Source: Amoebidium appalachense (taxonomy: Eukaryota > Protista > Ichthyosporea). From it: 64,000 bases of DNA. Shown piece after piece: positions 1 through 10,195 of this stretch; the stretch's first letter is position 1; each line of letters begins with the position of its first letter. The stretch covers positions 10,971,962 through 11,035,961 of the forward strand of contig CAVNZM010000007.1 in assembly GCA_963693365.1 (NCBI GenBank). Reading direction: 5' to 3'. The notes under the pieces were generated by a model that did no database searches, was not told the origin of the DNA, and saw nothing but the letters and a program-made list of their open reading frames with translations. Both the position numbers and the translations under genes were made by a program.

Positions 1-365
1 TGGTTGCCGACGCTGTTGCAAGTTTTTGAATTCATGCTCGACAACAACATGATTCATGATCAAACGGACGAAACTTGCTGAGTCCGCGAACACAACAAGC
101 CATGGGTTTCATGTGAAAGATGAGCGCCCAACATGGCCAAAACATTAGACCCAATAGAGTCACTTTATTCTGGAGCTCGTGTCTGTTGTTTTGCATACAT
201 ATTTGACGGGGTTCAGGGGGAAGATTTCACAGATGACACCACACGTTGGTCTTACAAGAAGTTCGGCCTGAGTTGGGACACACAAATACTGGTTGGCACA
301 GTAGTGAAACGATGCAAGACAAACGAAGGCAGTGAATGGAAAGTAAAGTTTGATTTTGACGGTAC

Positions 366-893
366 TGTTGGACATTGTGTTCATAGAAGCTAGTTCTAGT
401 GCACGTTGTTCCTTCTGTAAGTCAGAAATGATTGCATCTTGTGAGGCCAACCTCTGCTCCAGTAGTTGGACTAGTTGCTGCAACTGTAAGTTGTCAGACA
501 TAGTGTCGTGTATGATGGGTAACTAGTCTATGTGTTTTGTGCACTGGAAACGACAGTAGAAAAGTGTAAATCAAACGTTCTGCTTCCCATAACTAAAAAT
601 ATTCTGAGAATATCCGGGAATAAAGCACACTACCACTCTAAGAATAGAATCCTGTGGCAAATATAGACATGACATCATCTGAACCGGGAATATTAATTAA
701 TGAGCACAATTAGCACGTTGCTAGTGAAGCTCGTCATTGGTACAGTTTTGGCTCAAACATATAACTACCATATATGAATATGACCGTAAACAAAAGCTCT
801 ATGCACTCGAGTGAGTGTTGAAACAGTTGTTCAATTGCTCAGAAACTTTCTCTAACAGACATTGCTAGCCGGGAGTACCAGTGTACTCCAACA
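366..893 (-). repeat. 3' LTR of copia copy 1
   Basis: Direct repeat of 5241-5768; TG...CA ends; preceded on the minus strand by the PPT. Confidence 0.97.
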
Positions 894-908
894 CCCCTAC
901 TCAATTGG
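894..908 (-). promoter_or_regulatory. Polypurine tract of copia copy 1 (CCAATTGAGTAGGGG)
   Basis: Abuts the 3' LTR on the minus strand. A partial second copy lies at ~980-992 and a G7AGAGAG tract at ~1029-1041. Confidence 0.8.
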
Positions 909-1077
909 ATAATTGTGGTATGAATTAATGCAACTGAGCTCGAGTGCTTCAGGTGCACAAAATACAGACAATAAAGATTCCCCTACTCAATTTTAGTATG
1001 GTACACGTAGTTGCACAGTCGGATGCAACTCTCTCCCCCCCTGAAGTATGAGGGCGCAGTTGGTTGATGACGGGTGC

Positions 1078-4000
1078 TCAGCACATGTTGAGCATCCCCA
1101 CGGCCTTGGTGAAGAAAGAGGCAGACAGGGCCTTGGTGAACATGTCGGCCTTGTTGTCAGCAGAAGCCACCGGGACCACAGTGATGTTGCCCAGCAGGTG
1201 ATGTTCCTTGACGGAGCAGTAGCGGACGTCGATGTGCTTGGTCTTGGGCTTAACCCCCAGGGTGTCCAGCAGGGCCCGGGCAGACTCATTGTCCCCATGG
1301 ATGGGCACCGGGGTGGGCTCATTGATAGGATTAAGGCCCAGGTCGTCCATCACATAGTTGAGCCATAGGGCCTCGTTCGTAGCAGCAGACATGGCCACAA
1401 ATTCAGCCTCAGTGGAGCTGTGGGTGGTGATGGACTGGAGCCGAGACACCCAGGACACAGGGGAGGAGTTTATGAAGAAGACATAGCCCGTGGTGGAGCG
1501 CCGGGTGTCGCGGTCCTCGGCGTAGTCGGAGTCGGAGTAGCCAACAAGGTTGGGGGGGCCGGGACGGTAGACAATACCCAGGTCGATGGTGGCCAGCAGG
1601 TAGCTTACAACTCTGGTAGCCATAGTCCAGTGGGTGACGGTGGGCGCATGAATGTGTCGAGTAAGGACTCCCAGAGCCTGGGAAATGTCGGGGCGGGTGG
1701 TACGCGCAATCCACAGCAGGGCACCGACCAGGCTGGCATAGTCCTCCTTCTTGCTGTAGGCTGGGGTCTTGTTGCTTTCACTGGCCTGGCCCGGGACGAT
1801 GGGGGTCTTGGTGCCGGACATGTGGGTGAGACGAAAACGGGCAGCCAAGTCGATGATGTGTTGACGATGGCCCAGACGCAGAGACCCGTCCTCCAGCCAG
1901 GTAAGAGTGTGCCCGATGAGCAGGGTAGGACGACCCAGGTCCTTGGCAGAGAAACGAGCATCCAGCTTGGTGAAAAAATCGTCGATGAGCGCATCAGTGG
2001 CGGCCGTCACGGTGAAGTCATCCACGTAGGCAGCAAGGGCAATAAATGTTGGGGTCCCGGCATTCTTGATGAACAGGCACGGGTCAGCAGCACTCACAAT
2101 GAAGCCTTGGTCGAGGAGATGGTCACGGAGGGCCTCATACCACTGGCGCGGTGCCTGTTTTAGGCCGTAGAGCGCCTTGTGGAGCAAGCCGACAGCATGG
2201 GGGGCCGAGGGGTTGACGAAGCCAGGGGGCTGCTCAATGTAGATGGTCTCGTTGACGGTGCCGTTGAGGAATGCTGTGTTGACGTCGATGTGGCGCAGAG
2301 GCAGACCTTGGGCCACGGAGGTAGCCAAAACCAGCCGGATGGTAGCCAGCGCAGCCACAGGTGACTCGGTGACGAAATAGTCCTGGCCAGGCTGCTGGTA
2401 GTTGCCCCGGGCCACAAGCCGGGCCTTGAAAGCAGTGACGTTGCCGACGTTGTCCTGCTTGACCGTAAAGACCCAGCCGACCGGAATGACAGTGGAGCCA
2501 TCCTCTGGACGGGGCACAAGGGTGAAGGTGCCGTTGTCTTCCAGGGCCTTGAGCTCACGGTGTGCAGCCTCCTCCCATTTCAGACGCTGGGGACTCTTGA
2601 GTGCAGCCCGGACAGTCTTGGGGACAACAATGGTGGAAGCCTTGATGGGTGTTGATGCAGGAGCCGTAGCCTGGGGGGCAAGGGGGGCCGTAGCAGCAGC
2701 CACGTTGGCAGTCGGGCCTCGACGTTGGTCGTTGTACACAGCGCCACTACGGGTCGTCCGGGGGAGCCGATGTGCAGGCTCGGGCAGGATCGGAATGTCC
2801 AATTGATCACTCGGCGCTGTCCCATTGGCTGACAGACGAGACGAATCAGATTGCTGATCATTCCGGACGATGTGATTGGCTGGCTGATTTGACGAATCAG
2901 ATGACTCCAAAAAATGATGAATTGCCGGTGCGGTCGACCAATCAGATGGGACATCACGGAGGGGGTGCAGAATAGCAGCCTCGTCGAACTGCACGTCACG
3001 GCTGACGGTCATCTTGTGTGCTGCTGGAATCCAGACCTTGTAGCCCTTGATGTTAGGAGGGTAGCCCACGAAGATGCCCTTGACGGCACGAGGCGCCAGT
3101 TTCGGTGTATCCTGTTGATGGACGTAGCAGGGAGAGCCCCAGACACGGAGCCGGCTGTAGTCGGGAGGAATGCCGGTCCACAGCAGGGCGGGAGACGATT
3201 GGCTGCCGGTGGCTCGCGACGGGAGCATGTTGCGTATAAAAGCCGCGGTCACAGCTGCCTCGGCCCAGAATCCCACCGGAAGGCCGGACTGCTGCAGGAG
3301 TGCCCGAACCATGTCGAGGAGGGTCCGGTTCAGTCGTTCGGCAGTCCCATTCTGTTGAGGAGAGCCGGTGGTAGTGATCTGATGGCGAATGCCATGCTCA
3401 CGGTTGTAGTCCCCGAAGGCCGTGCCCATGTACTCGCCCCCCCCGTCGGACTGAAACACCTGCATGGGAACACCGTGTTGGGTAACCGCCGCCTTGTGGT
3501 ACGTCACATATGCAGCCAGTGTGTCCGACTTCTTGACGAGGGGCACGGCCGTGGTGTGGCCGGTGAATTCGTCGTGGAACGTCGCCAAGTACTGAGCACC
3601 ACCGATCGCGGGAGGGAAGGGGCCGCTGATGTCGCTGTGAACCTTGGCTAGGACCCGGGGAGCTTGGCTAGTTGATTCGGAGAAGGCAACACGGTGGGCT
3701 TTGCCGAGGGCACAGGGCTCACACACACCCGGAGACTTGGCACCGCCACCCACCAACAGGCCTGCAGACTTGATGACCGAGCGTACAGCGTCAATGCCAG
3801 CATGGCCCAGACGGTAGTGCCACGTGTTGAGGTCGGCAGTAACCTTGAGGATACGCGGAGCAGTGGTGGTTTGGGCGTCCGGGGTTGTGTCCGCGCGCAG
3901 AAGAGACACCGCCATGTGGTACAGCTTGGTGCCGACAGCCGAGCCGGTGGCCAGAATTTGATCGCCGTAGCACAACTTAACGCCGCCGCGGGTGTCAAAG

Positions 4001-5376
4001 CGGGGTAAAACACCGTTGGTAGTTGCCGTGAACACACTGATGAGAGTGTCGGGGATGGAGGGCACGTAGAGTACATCCGTCAGCTGATGCACCGCAGTAA
4101 CGCCGTCGATGGTGCTGGAAAAGAACACGTCGCCCACCCCAAGCACTGCACATGCACCCTTGTCGGCTACTTGGACCGTGGAGTAAGGCGCCGCACGCAT
4201 GTTGATGAACACATCGGGCCGGGGGCACACATGGTCAGTGGCTCCAGAGTCGAGGAGCACCTTGTTGGTGCCACAGTCGTTGCTAGACATGAGGAAAGCC
4301 CGGGGAGCGGCAGCCCCCCCCTTGCACTGTGCCATAGTGTGGGTAGTAGAGGCAGGGTGGTTGATGCAGGACCCAGGCGGGAGGGGACCACCCTTAGGTT
4401 TGCGGCCGTTGGCACGGTTGCCCCCCTTGCACATGGCGGTAGTGTGACTGGTAGACAGTGGGTGGTTGACGCAGGAACCCTTGGGGTAGGTGCTGGCACG
4501 GTTGTTGCCAGAGTTGCTGTGTTGGCCGTTGCCGTTGGGGCACTGAGACTTGATGTGGCCTGGTTTGCCGCAGCCGTGGCAGATGACAGGTTGAGGAGCC
4601 CGTGTGGTGAAGGCGGCCGGCCCGGAGCTGGTAGTCACACGTGCACGTGGGTGGCTGGTCTCATATGCCCGTAGCTGTTGGAGGAGGCCCATCACGGTAG
4701 GCTTGGGTGTCATCTTGTAGGCAATTACAGGCATTTCGTAGTAAGGCACCTTGCCGAGGTCGTTGGTGAGCTTGGTCAGCACTTGAGCATCACCAATTTG
4801 TGTGCCGTAATCGGCCAGGCGCCGCACGTAGCCGCGGAGTTTCATGGCGTATTTCGTCGCGGTGTCCGTAGGTTCAGGCGTAGAATTCATGTACAGCCCG
4901 ATAAGGTCGTACTGATTGGCCTCAGATTGCTCCAGGTAGTGGGCAGATGGGGCCGACCATATCTCCGCAGGTGTGGTGGTGCGTGTTAACCCTAGGATAC
5001 AACGCACGTCAATCGAGAGTGCTTGCCACAGGTAGGAACGGGCAGTGTCGACCTGTTCACGGGTAGCCGGGTGCTCCGTACTGGGCGCGATGGTGTGGAG
5101 AAGACCAGCACCAGAAAGCTGGACATACATGGTTTCGGCCCATGTGTGGTAGTCCGTGCCTGAATCATTATCAATGCCAGTGAAGAGAGGGATGTCGACC
5201 TTGAACTTGATGGAATCATTACGTGAGGGGCCCATAACCCTGTTGGACATTGTGTTCATAGAAGCTAGTTCTAGTGCACGTTGTTCCTTCTGTAAGTCAG
5301 AAATGATTGCATCTTGTGAGGCCAACCTCTGCTCCAGTAGTTGGACTAGTTGCTGCAACTGTAAGTTGTCAGACAT
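1078..5376 (-). CDS. Copia Gag-Pol polyprotein, 1432 aa (Gag, Zn knuckles, PR, IN, RT, RNase H)
   Basis: CHGCGKPGHIKSQC knuckle; protease LLDSGAT; WHYRLGH...CEPC; integrase HSDISGP/QSDGGGEY/QNGTAER; RT FKARLVARG, ALYGLKQAPR, YVDD; RNase H YSDSD, STEAE, KHIDVRY, ADMFTKAL. PR-IN-RT-RH order is diagnostic for copia. Confidence 0.98.
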   Translation of the reverse strand: MSDNLQLQQLVQLLEQRLASQDAIISDLQKEQRALELASMNTMSNRVMGPSRNDSIKFKVDIPLFTGIDNDSGTDYHTWAETMYVQLSGAGLLHTIAPSTEHPATREQVDTARSYLWQALSIDVRCILGLTRTTTPAEIWSAPSAHYLEQSEANQYDLIGLYMNSTPEPTDTATKYAMKLRGYVRRLADYGTQIGDAQVLTKLTNDLGKVPYYEMPVIAYKMTPKPTVMGLLQQLRAYETSHPRARVTTSSGPAAFTTRAPQPVICHGCGKPGHIKSQCPNGNGQHSNSGNNRASTYPKGSCVNHPLSTSHTTAMCKGGNRANGRKPKGGPLPPGSCINHPASTTHTMAQCKGGAAAPRAFLMSSNDCGTNKVLLDSGATDHVCPRPDVFINMRAAPYSTVQVADKGACAVLGVGDVFFSSTIDGVTAVHQLTDVLYVPSIPDTLISVFTATTNGVLPRFDTRGGVKLCYGDQILATGSAVGTKLYHMAVSLLRADTTPDAQTTTAPRILKVTADLNTWHYRLGHAGIDAVRSVIKSAGLLVGGGAKSPGVCEPCALGKAHRVAFSESTSQAPRVLAKVHSDISGPFPPAIGGAQYLATFHDEFTGHTTAVPLVKKSDTLAAYVTYHKAAVTQHGVPMQVFQSDGGGEYMGTAFGDYNREHGIRHQITTTGSPQQNGTAERLNRTLLDMVRALLQQSGLPVGFWAEAAVTAAFIRNMLPSRATGSQSSPALLWTGIPPDYSRLRVWGSPCYVHQQDTPKLAPRAVKGIFVGYPPNIKGYKVWIPAAHKMTVSRDVQFDEAAILHPLRDVPSDWSTAPAIHHFLESSDSSNQPANHIVRNDQQSDSSRLSANGTAPSDQLDIPILPEPAHRLPRTTRSGAVYNDQRRGPTANVAAATAPLAPQATAPASTPIKASTIVVPKTVRAALKSPQRLKWEEAAHRELKALEDNGTFTLVPRPEDGSTVIPVGWVFTVKQDNVGNVTAFKARLVARGNYQQPGQDYFVTESPVAALATIRLVLATSVAQGLPLRHIDVNTAFLNGTVNETIYIEQPPGFVNPSAPHAVGLLHKALYGLKQAPRQWYEALRDHLLDQGFIVSAADPCLFIKNAGTPTFIALAAYVDDFTVTAATDALIDDFFTKLDARFSAKDLGRPTLLIGHTLTWLEDGSLRLGHRQHIIDLAARFRLTHMSGTKTPIVPGQASESNKTPAYSKKEDYASLVGALLWIARTTRPDISQALGVLTRHIHAPTVTHWTMATRVVSYLLATIDLGIVYRPGPPNLVGYSDSDYAEDRDTRRSTTGYVFFINSSPVSWVSRLQSITTHSSTEAEFVAMSAATNEALWLNYVMDDLGLNPINEPTPVPIHGDNESARALLDTLGVKPKTKHIDVRYCSVKEHHLLGNITVVPVASADNKADMFTKALSASFFTKAVGMLNMC
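5228..5240 (-). promoter_or_regulatory. Primer-binding site, half-tRNA-iMet type (GGGTTATGGGCCC)
   Basis: Immediately 3' of the 5' LTR; complementary to the anticodon arm of initiator tRNA-Met, as in Drosophila copia and yeast Ty5. Confidence 0.9.
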
Positions 5377-5768
5377 AGTGTCGTGTATGATGGGTAACTA
5401 GTCTATGTGTTTTGTGCACTGGAAACGACAGTAGAAAAGTGTAAATCAAACGTTCTGCTTCCCATAACTAAAAATATTCTGAGAATATCCGGGAATAAAG
5501 CACACTACCACTCTAAGAATAGAATCCTGTGGCAAATATAGACATGACATCATCTGAACCGGGAATATTAATTAATGAGCACAATTAGCACGTTGCTAGT
5601 GAAGCTCGTCATTGGTACAGTTTTGGCTCAAACATATAACTACCATATATGAATATGACCGTAAACAAAAGCTCTATGCACTCGAGTGAGTGTTGAAACA
5701 GTTATTCAATTGCTCAGAAACTTTCTCTAACAGACATTGCTAGCCGGGAGTACCAGTGTACTCCAACA
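5241..5768 (-). repeat. 5' LTR of copia copy 1 (contains the gag ATG at 5376)
   Basis: Direct repeat of 366-893; followed by the PBS on the minus strand. Confidence 0.97.
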
Positions 5769-6505
5769 GGTACCACAGAAGTAGTTCTGCGCCATCAGCT
5801 AACTTTAATAGATGAAGAAGACAGTGAACACACAAGTAGCGAGCTAGAGAGTGATAGTGACGAAGATCCAGATGGAGACATCCAACAAGTAGAGATTCCT
5901 GTCACAGACAGTGAGAATGAAGATGAGATAGAACTTGTAGATGAACAAGTAGAGTTACCTACCCCCACCGACCCCACGTGCACCTTGCAATGGACCATTC
6001 CAGATGAGCAAGTACTTGACAAAAGAACAGGCCCACGCAGAAAACCAACCATTCCACTAGCACTAAACAAGCGCAAGAGTGTTCTGTGTTTGTTTGAACA
6101 CTTCATGCCTATGGAGTATCTCTTCACAGCAGTCATTCCACTCACAAACGAAGTAGGTCGTGCACGTTACAAAAATTGGGTTGACTTAACCCCGGGTGAG
6201 CTACTTAGGTGGTTGGGTATGTGGATTTACATGGCTGGAACATTCGAACCCGGCTCGAGATCGAACTACTGGACGTCGGCAGCAGAGAACCCAAGCCACA
6301 TATTTCCCGTACACGACTTTGCCCGCTTCATGACCGAACACCGGTTCGAAAACATCCGTGCCTGCTTTACCGTCACCGACATCACTCAATATCCGGAGGA
6401 TGATCCACTGAAAGACACACGCGGTTTCATGGAAGCACTGCAGAGTCGGTGCCGTTGCTCTATCGAGCCCGGGGATGAATTATGCGAAGACGAGGCCATC
6501 TTTGC

Positions 6506-6983
6506 CAGCTATCATTGCAACCTTCCGTGCCAAATCTATATAAAACCAACATACTCATTAACTTCGAAATGAACGAGGGGAAGCTTAGGATGGCAAGCAA
6601 ACTGTACCGACATAGAAGGTCCAACATGTTGAGGGGAAAGTCTCTGGTTGCGGTTTTGACATTGAAAAGTGCGAAGAATCCGATTTTGTACACTTCCCTT
6701 GTCCCGGTTACTGACCCAAACCAGCTGTCTCCGACGATCGTTCTGGGGTTACGGTGGGTGGGGTTGGCCCTTGGGGTTAGAAGACGCAAGGTGGTGCCTG
6801 TTCCAGCTCCCAACTGTCGGTACGGTTTGCTTGCCATCCTAAGCTTCCCCTCGTTCATTTCGAAGTTAATGAGTATGTTGGTTACACAGTCGTGTAGAGT
6901 TTTTATTTCTTGACCGAGATTGACCGAGAGGGTGGGGTTTTCGTTTTATATAGATTTGGCACGGAAGGTTGCAATGATAGCTG
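6506..6983. repeat. Fold-back inverted duplication within the piggyBac transposase
   Basis: 6506-6612 is the reverse complement of 6815-6983, apart from an internal deletion in the left arm and one substitution. Confidence 0.9.
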
Positions 6984-6997
6984 TGATGCGGCAATGA

Positions 6998-7053
6998 TAG
7001 TACGTGCGTCACGACGATAATGTTATAACATTATCGTCGTGACGCACGTACTA
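6998..7053. repeat. Perfect 56-bp palindrome
   Basis: TAGTACGTGCGTCACGACGATAATGTTA|TAACATTATCGTCGTGACGCACGTACTA, no spacer. Confidence 0.97.
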
Positions 7054-8015
7054 CCACGGCACGTACCGCGGCAAACAGATGATACAACCTAGGGTAAGCG
7101 AGGTTAGTTTATACTAGTCGTGCTGGTGAGGACCGGCACTGAACAGGCCAGATTCGAATTCAGGGGGCAGTGATGTACAAAGCCCGTGCTTTGCGTGTAT
7201 TAGCATATATCGTTTAAATTTACAGGGAAAAAAGTGCTAAATATGGCCTGGCCCTTACTTGGAAGAAGCATATGCACATCGTTGTGAGATCCGTAGTGGC
7301 ACACATCGTTTCCTTGGGCATGGACGAAGAAAACGACGAGACTTCAACCCAGACTTCATGAGGTTCAAGTGACTCGGATCCAGATATGCAAGATGGCTGA
7401 CGGGGGCGCGCTTGCCTATTTCGGGGCGTAGTCGTTATGGTGACAGGGCTCGATATTATAACTCAAAAAGAAGACGGTCGGGCCTGCTGCAGCTGGGCGT
7501 TGTGGGCGAGGTTGTGTGTGTGTGGGGGGGGGGGGGGGACCCCGTTACGATTTGCTAATACCAACTTATTCGTATTGACCCCCTTCCCCCCTGTAATCAA
7601 ATGATTAATCTTCAACGTTAATCACATTTGCGGCGCTTCCACCGACTTACCCAGCAGCCCAAAAATACATGTTAAGTAAGCAAAAAGCTGGTTTTGATAG
7701 TCAAGAAAACGCCTATGTAATTTTTTTGGGTGTTTATGTCTATAATATCCATGTTTATTATACACCTTCGAGAAGAGGTGCGAGCGTAAAAGAAGATTAA
7801 TCAATCCGAGAAGAAGATTAATCACAGCGGCTGGATCCCGCGGCACATGCATATGATCGGCAGCCGGCCGCGGCTCACGAAGCTCACGTGTTAATTGTGC
7901 GCGCACAGCGGGCTCCCGGTGTCATGTGTGAGGTACTCTCTCACTTTCTCTGTATGTGTGTGTGTGTGTGTATGTGTGTGTGCTGTGTGTGTGTCTGTGT
8001 GCTGGTGTGTGCGTA

Positions 8016-8061
<46 letters not shown>

Positions 8062-8642
8062 GTGCACATGTGTGCCTAGGCCTGTGCATATGCCTATATA
8101 GACAAGCACACATACGGGTGTGTGTGGTGCCACGTGTACGCTGCATGCAGTGCATGGATGCCACGTAACACGGTGCCGTGGTACTGTACAGGTCAACTTA
8201 AAATGCATGTGCTATTGTACGCACATGCTGATGTTAGTGTGTTCAGCTGTGATGACGTGTGTGTGAGCTTGTGTGGGTGTGTTTGTATGCAATGTACACG
8301 CTTGTACGTGTGTACATTGCAGAGAGTGTGTGCCGGTGCATGTTTTCTGTGACGGTGTCCACGGTTTGCGTGTGAGTGTGTACCGCGCGTGTGTGTGTGT
8401 GGGTGCATGTGTGTTTTTCAGCATGTATGATGCCACAGTGCTTGTTTGCGGTGTGTGCACGTGTGGTACGTGTTACGCACTGTGTTTCACAGTGCAGTGT
8501 GTGCCACGGCATGCAGTGTGTGTGTGTATCTCTATATACATGCATGTACGAGTCCGTGTGCCACGGTGTGCACGTGCGTGTGTCAGGGTGGTTGGGTGGG
8601 CAGCCGGTGCATGTGCATATGTGTGTGTTGGGGCGGATCGGG

Positions 8643-8673
<31 letters not shown>

Positions 8674-9555
8674 TATAATGTCTGTGTATCTGTACAATAT
8701 TGCTATGAATAGAATTTCCTTATTATTTAACAGGGAGCCGGGGCCCCGGGGTGAGTGTGATATGTGCACTCGTGCATGCATGTACCTGGCCGTTTCGGTG
8801 TGTGTGCCATGCCGTGTGTGTGTGTCATGTCTTTGTGCGTGTACGTGTTTGTGTGTGTGCGCACATGTGTGTGTTAGGGTGACCACGGTTAGGTGGGCAG
8901 GTGCCACAGTGCGTGCGTGTGTGTGTGTGTTCAAGGGGGGGGGGGGGGGGGGAGGGGGAGGGGAGGGGCAGGAATTCGGGCCGGGCTATGTAGGAAGGGG
9001 GAGGCGGGGGGGGTGGGGGAATCATTCATAGACGTTTTCCATACACACTGAGACATGTTGCATGATTTAAACCATCTTTTTCTTCCTCTCCAAGAGCCCC
9101 ACATAATTTTCGGTGACATTTCTGGAAACAATTATAGTAGTACTATGTTACATTTTCAATTATTTATGATCTTCCAAAAAGGGATTATTAATACTAATAA
9201 CTAATGTGCTACATATATTTATGTATATATATATTTATAATGAAACCAAATACAGGTCTGTGACCACAGAAACGTGCCACTAATTTAATTTCAAAACCAT
9301 CAAAGCACAGTAACCGTATTGTTTGTGCTTCATACACTGAGATGTATGCAGGGTACTGAATACAACGGCAGGCAGCCCCCCCCCCCCCCCCCCCCCCCTC
9401 CCCTCCCCCCTGCCAACCCGCACACACACACACAAACCCACACCCACACACATACACACATACACTGCTACTGGCATGCCGCCAGTCCCCCTTGCTATTA
9501 CGTATATTCAAAAAACTAGGGGGGGGGGGGGAGAAGGAAAAAAGAAGCCCCCCCC

Positions 9556-9586
<31 letters not shown>

Positions 9587-9706
9587 ACACGGCACATACA
9601 CACCTACACAGCTTCAGACAGGCTCCTTTGCATAGAGAAAATCAGGACGAAACAACAAAAACAAAAATATGAAAAGTGGAGGTGTTTGCGGTTGGGAATG
9701 CGTGGC

Positions 9707-10195
9707 TCAGTTTAACATCATAGAACACGGAGGGGGACACATGTGTACACCGTAGAATGACAAATAGCATATCACTTTCAGGAAACCGTGTAAATCGTGT
9801 AGTGTGGCAGTCCTCTTCTTGCGTGCACGGAGTCCAATATTGATAGTCTCAAGCAGTGTCTGGAGAATGAGTGGTGAAAAGAAGAGGTCGAGGACGTTAC
9901 TAATGGTTGGCTCTCCAGAAAAGTGGGTTAGCAAACGTTTCTGGATCTCCGAGGTCTCCTTCCTGAACGTATCTAAAAGCCTGTTTTCAACATCGTCTGC
10001 TTTGAGTGTTAACTCTACTTGCTTGGCGTCGTAAATACGCCATTTTCCTGTGAGTGTGGTATCACCGTTGTCAACAGAATCTTCTGTATCACTTGTGCTT
10101 TCGTCAGCAAAGAAATCGTTAAAGATGTCTGAGTCTACTGCCCCGGCTTCAAACCCACCACTATCATCAAATATTATTTCAAAGTCCCCTTCCAT
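9707..10195 (-). pseudogene. N-terminal fragment of a second, distinct piggyBac-like transposase
   Basis: Acidic N-terminus, then LDLFFSPLILQTLLETIN...LHDLHGFLKVICYLSFYG, which matches the start of the piggyBac domain; truncated. Possible Cys-rich C-terminal remnants (KQYGYCAL ~9301-9325; KCHRKLC...ATC ~9045-9125). Confidence 0.55.

Larger units (their letters stand above)
366..5768 (-). mobile_element. Ty1/copia LTR retrotransposon, copy 1 (full length, 528-bp LTRs)
   Basis: LTRs 366-893 and 5241-5768 with TGTTGGA...TCCAACA ends; I saw one mismatch between them (~829). Perfect 5-bp TSD GGTAC at 361-365 and 5769-5773. PBS, PPT and an intact gag-pol ORF are present. Confidence 0.98.
133..6983 (+). 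pseudogene. piggyBac-like (DDE_Tnp_1_7-type) transposase gene, split by copia copy 1 and rearranged at its 3' end
   Basis: Removing 366-5768 and one GGTAC TSD joins ORF 133-365 (MAKTLDP...KFDFDGT) in frame to 5774-6545 (acidic tract, LCLFEHFMP, ELLRWLGMWIYM, RFMTEHRFENIR, ELCEDEAIF, QIYIK). The continuation (RKPHPLGQ/EIKTLHD...TIVGDSWFGSV...FNVKTATRDFP) lies inverted at 6613-6983 with a 10-bp duplication frameshift. Confidence 0.85.

Noticed and set aside
5228-5240. tRNA-Met-like sequence as a tRNA gene
   Set aside because: Only the 13-15-nt PBS complement is present; no cloverleaf. No tRNA or rRNA genes were recognised in the window.
993-5401. Many short alternative-frame and antisense ORFs over gag-pol (and their twins at 35762-40215)
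   Set aside because: Shadow ORFs of a GC-rich coding sequence; they recur only because the two copies are nearly identical.
7891-9715. His/Thr- and Cys/Val-rich ORFs here and at 13.5-14.5, 26.8-28.7, 43.1 and 47.0-48.1 kb
   Set aside because: Translations of (CA)n/(TG)n microsatellites.
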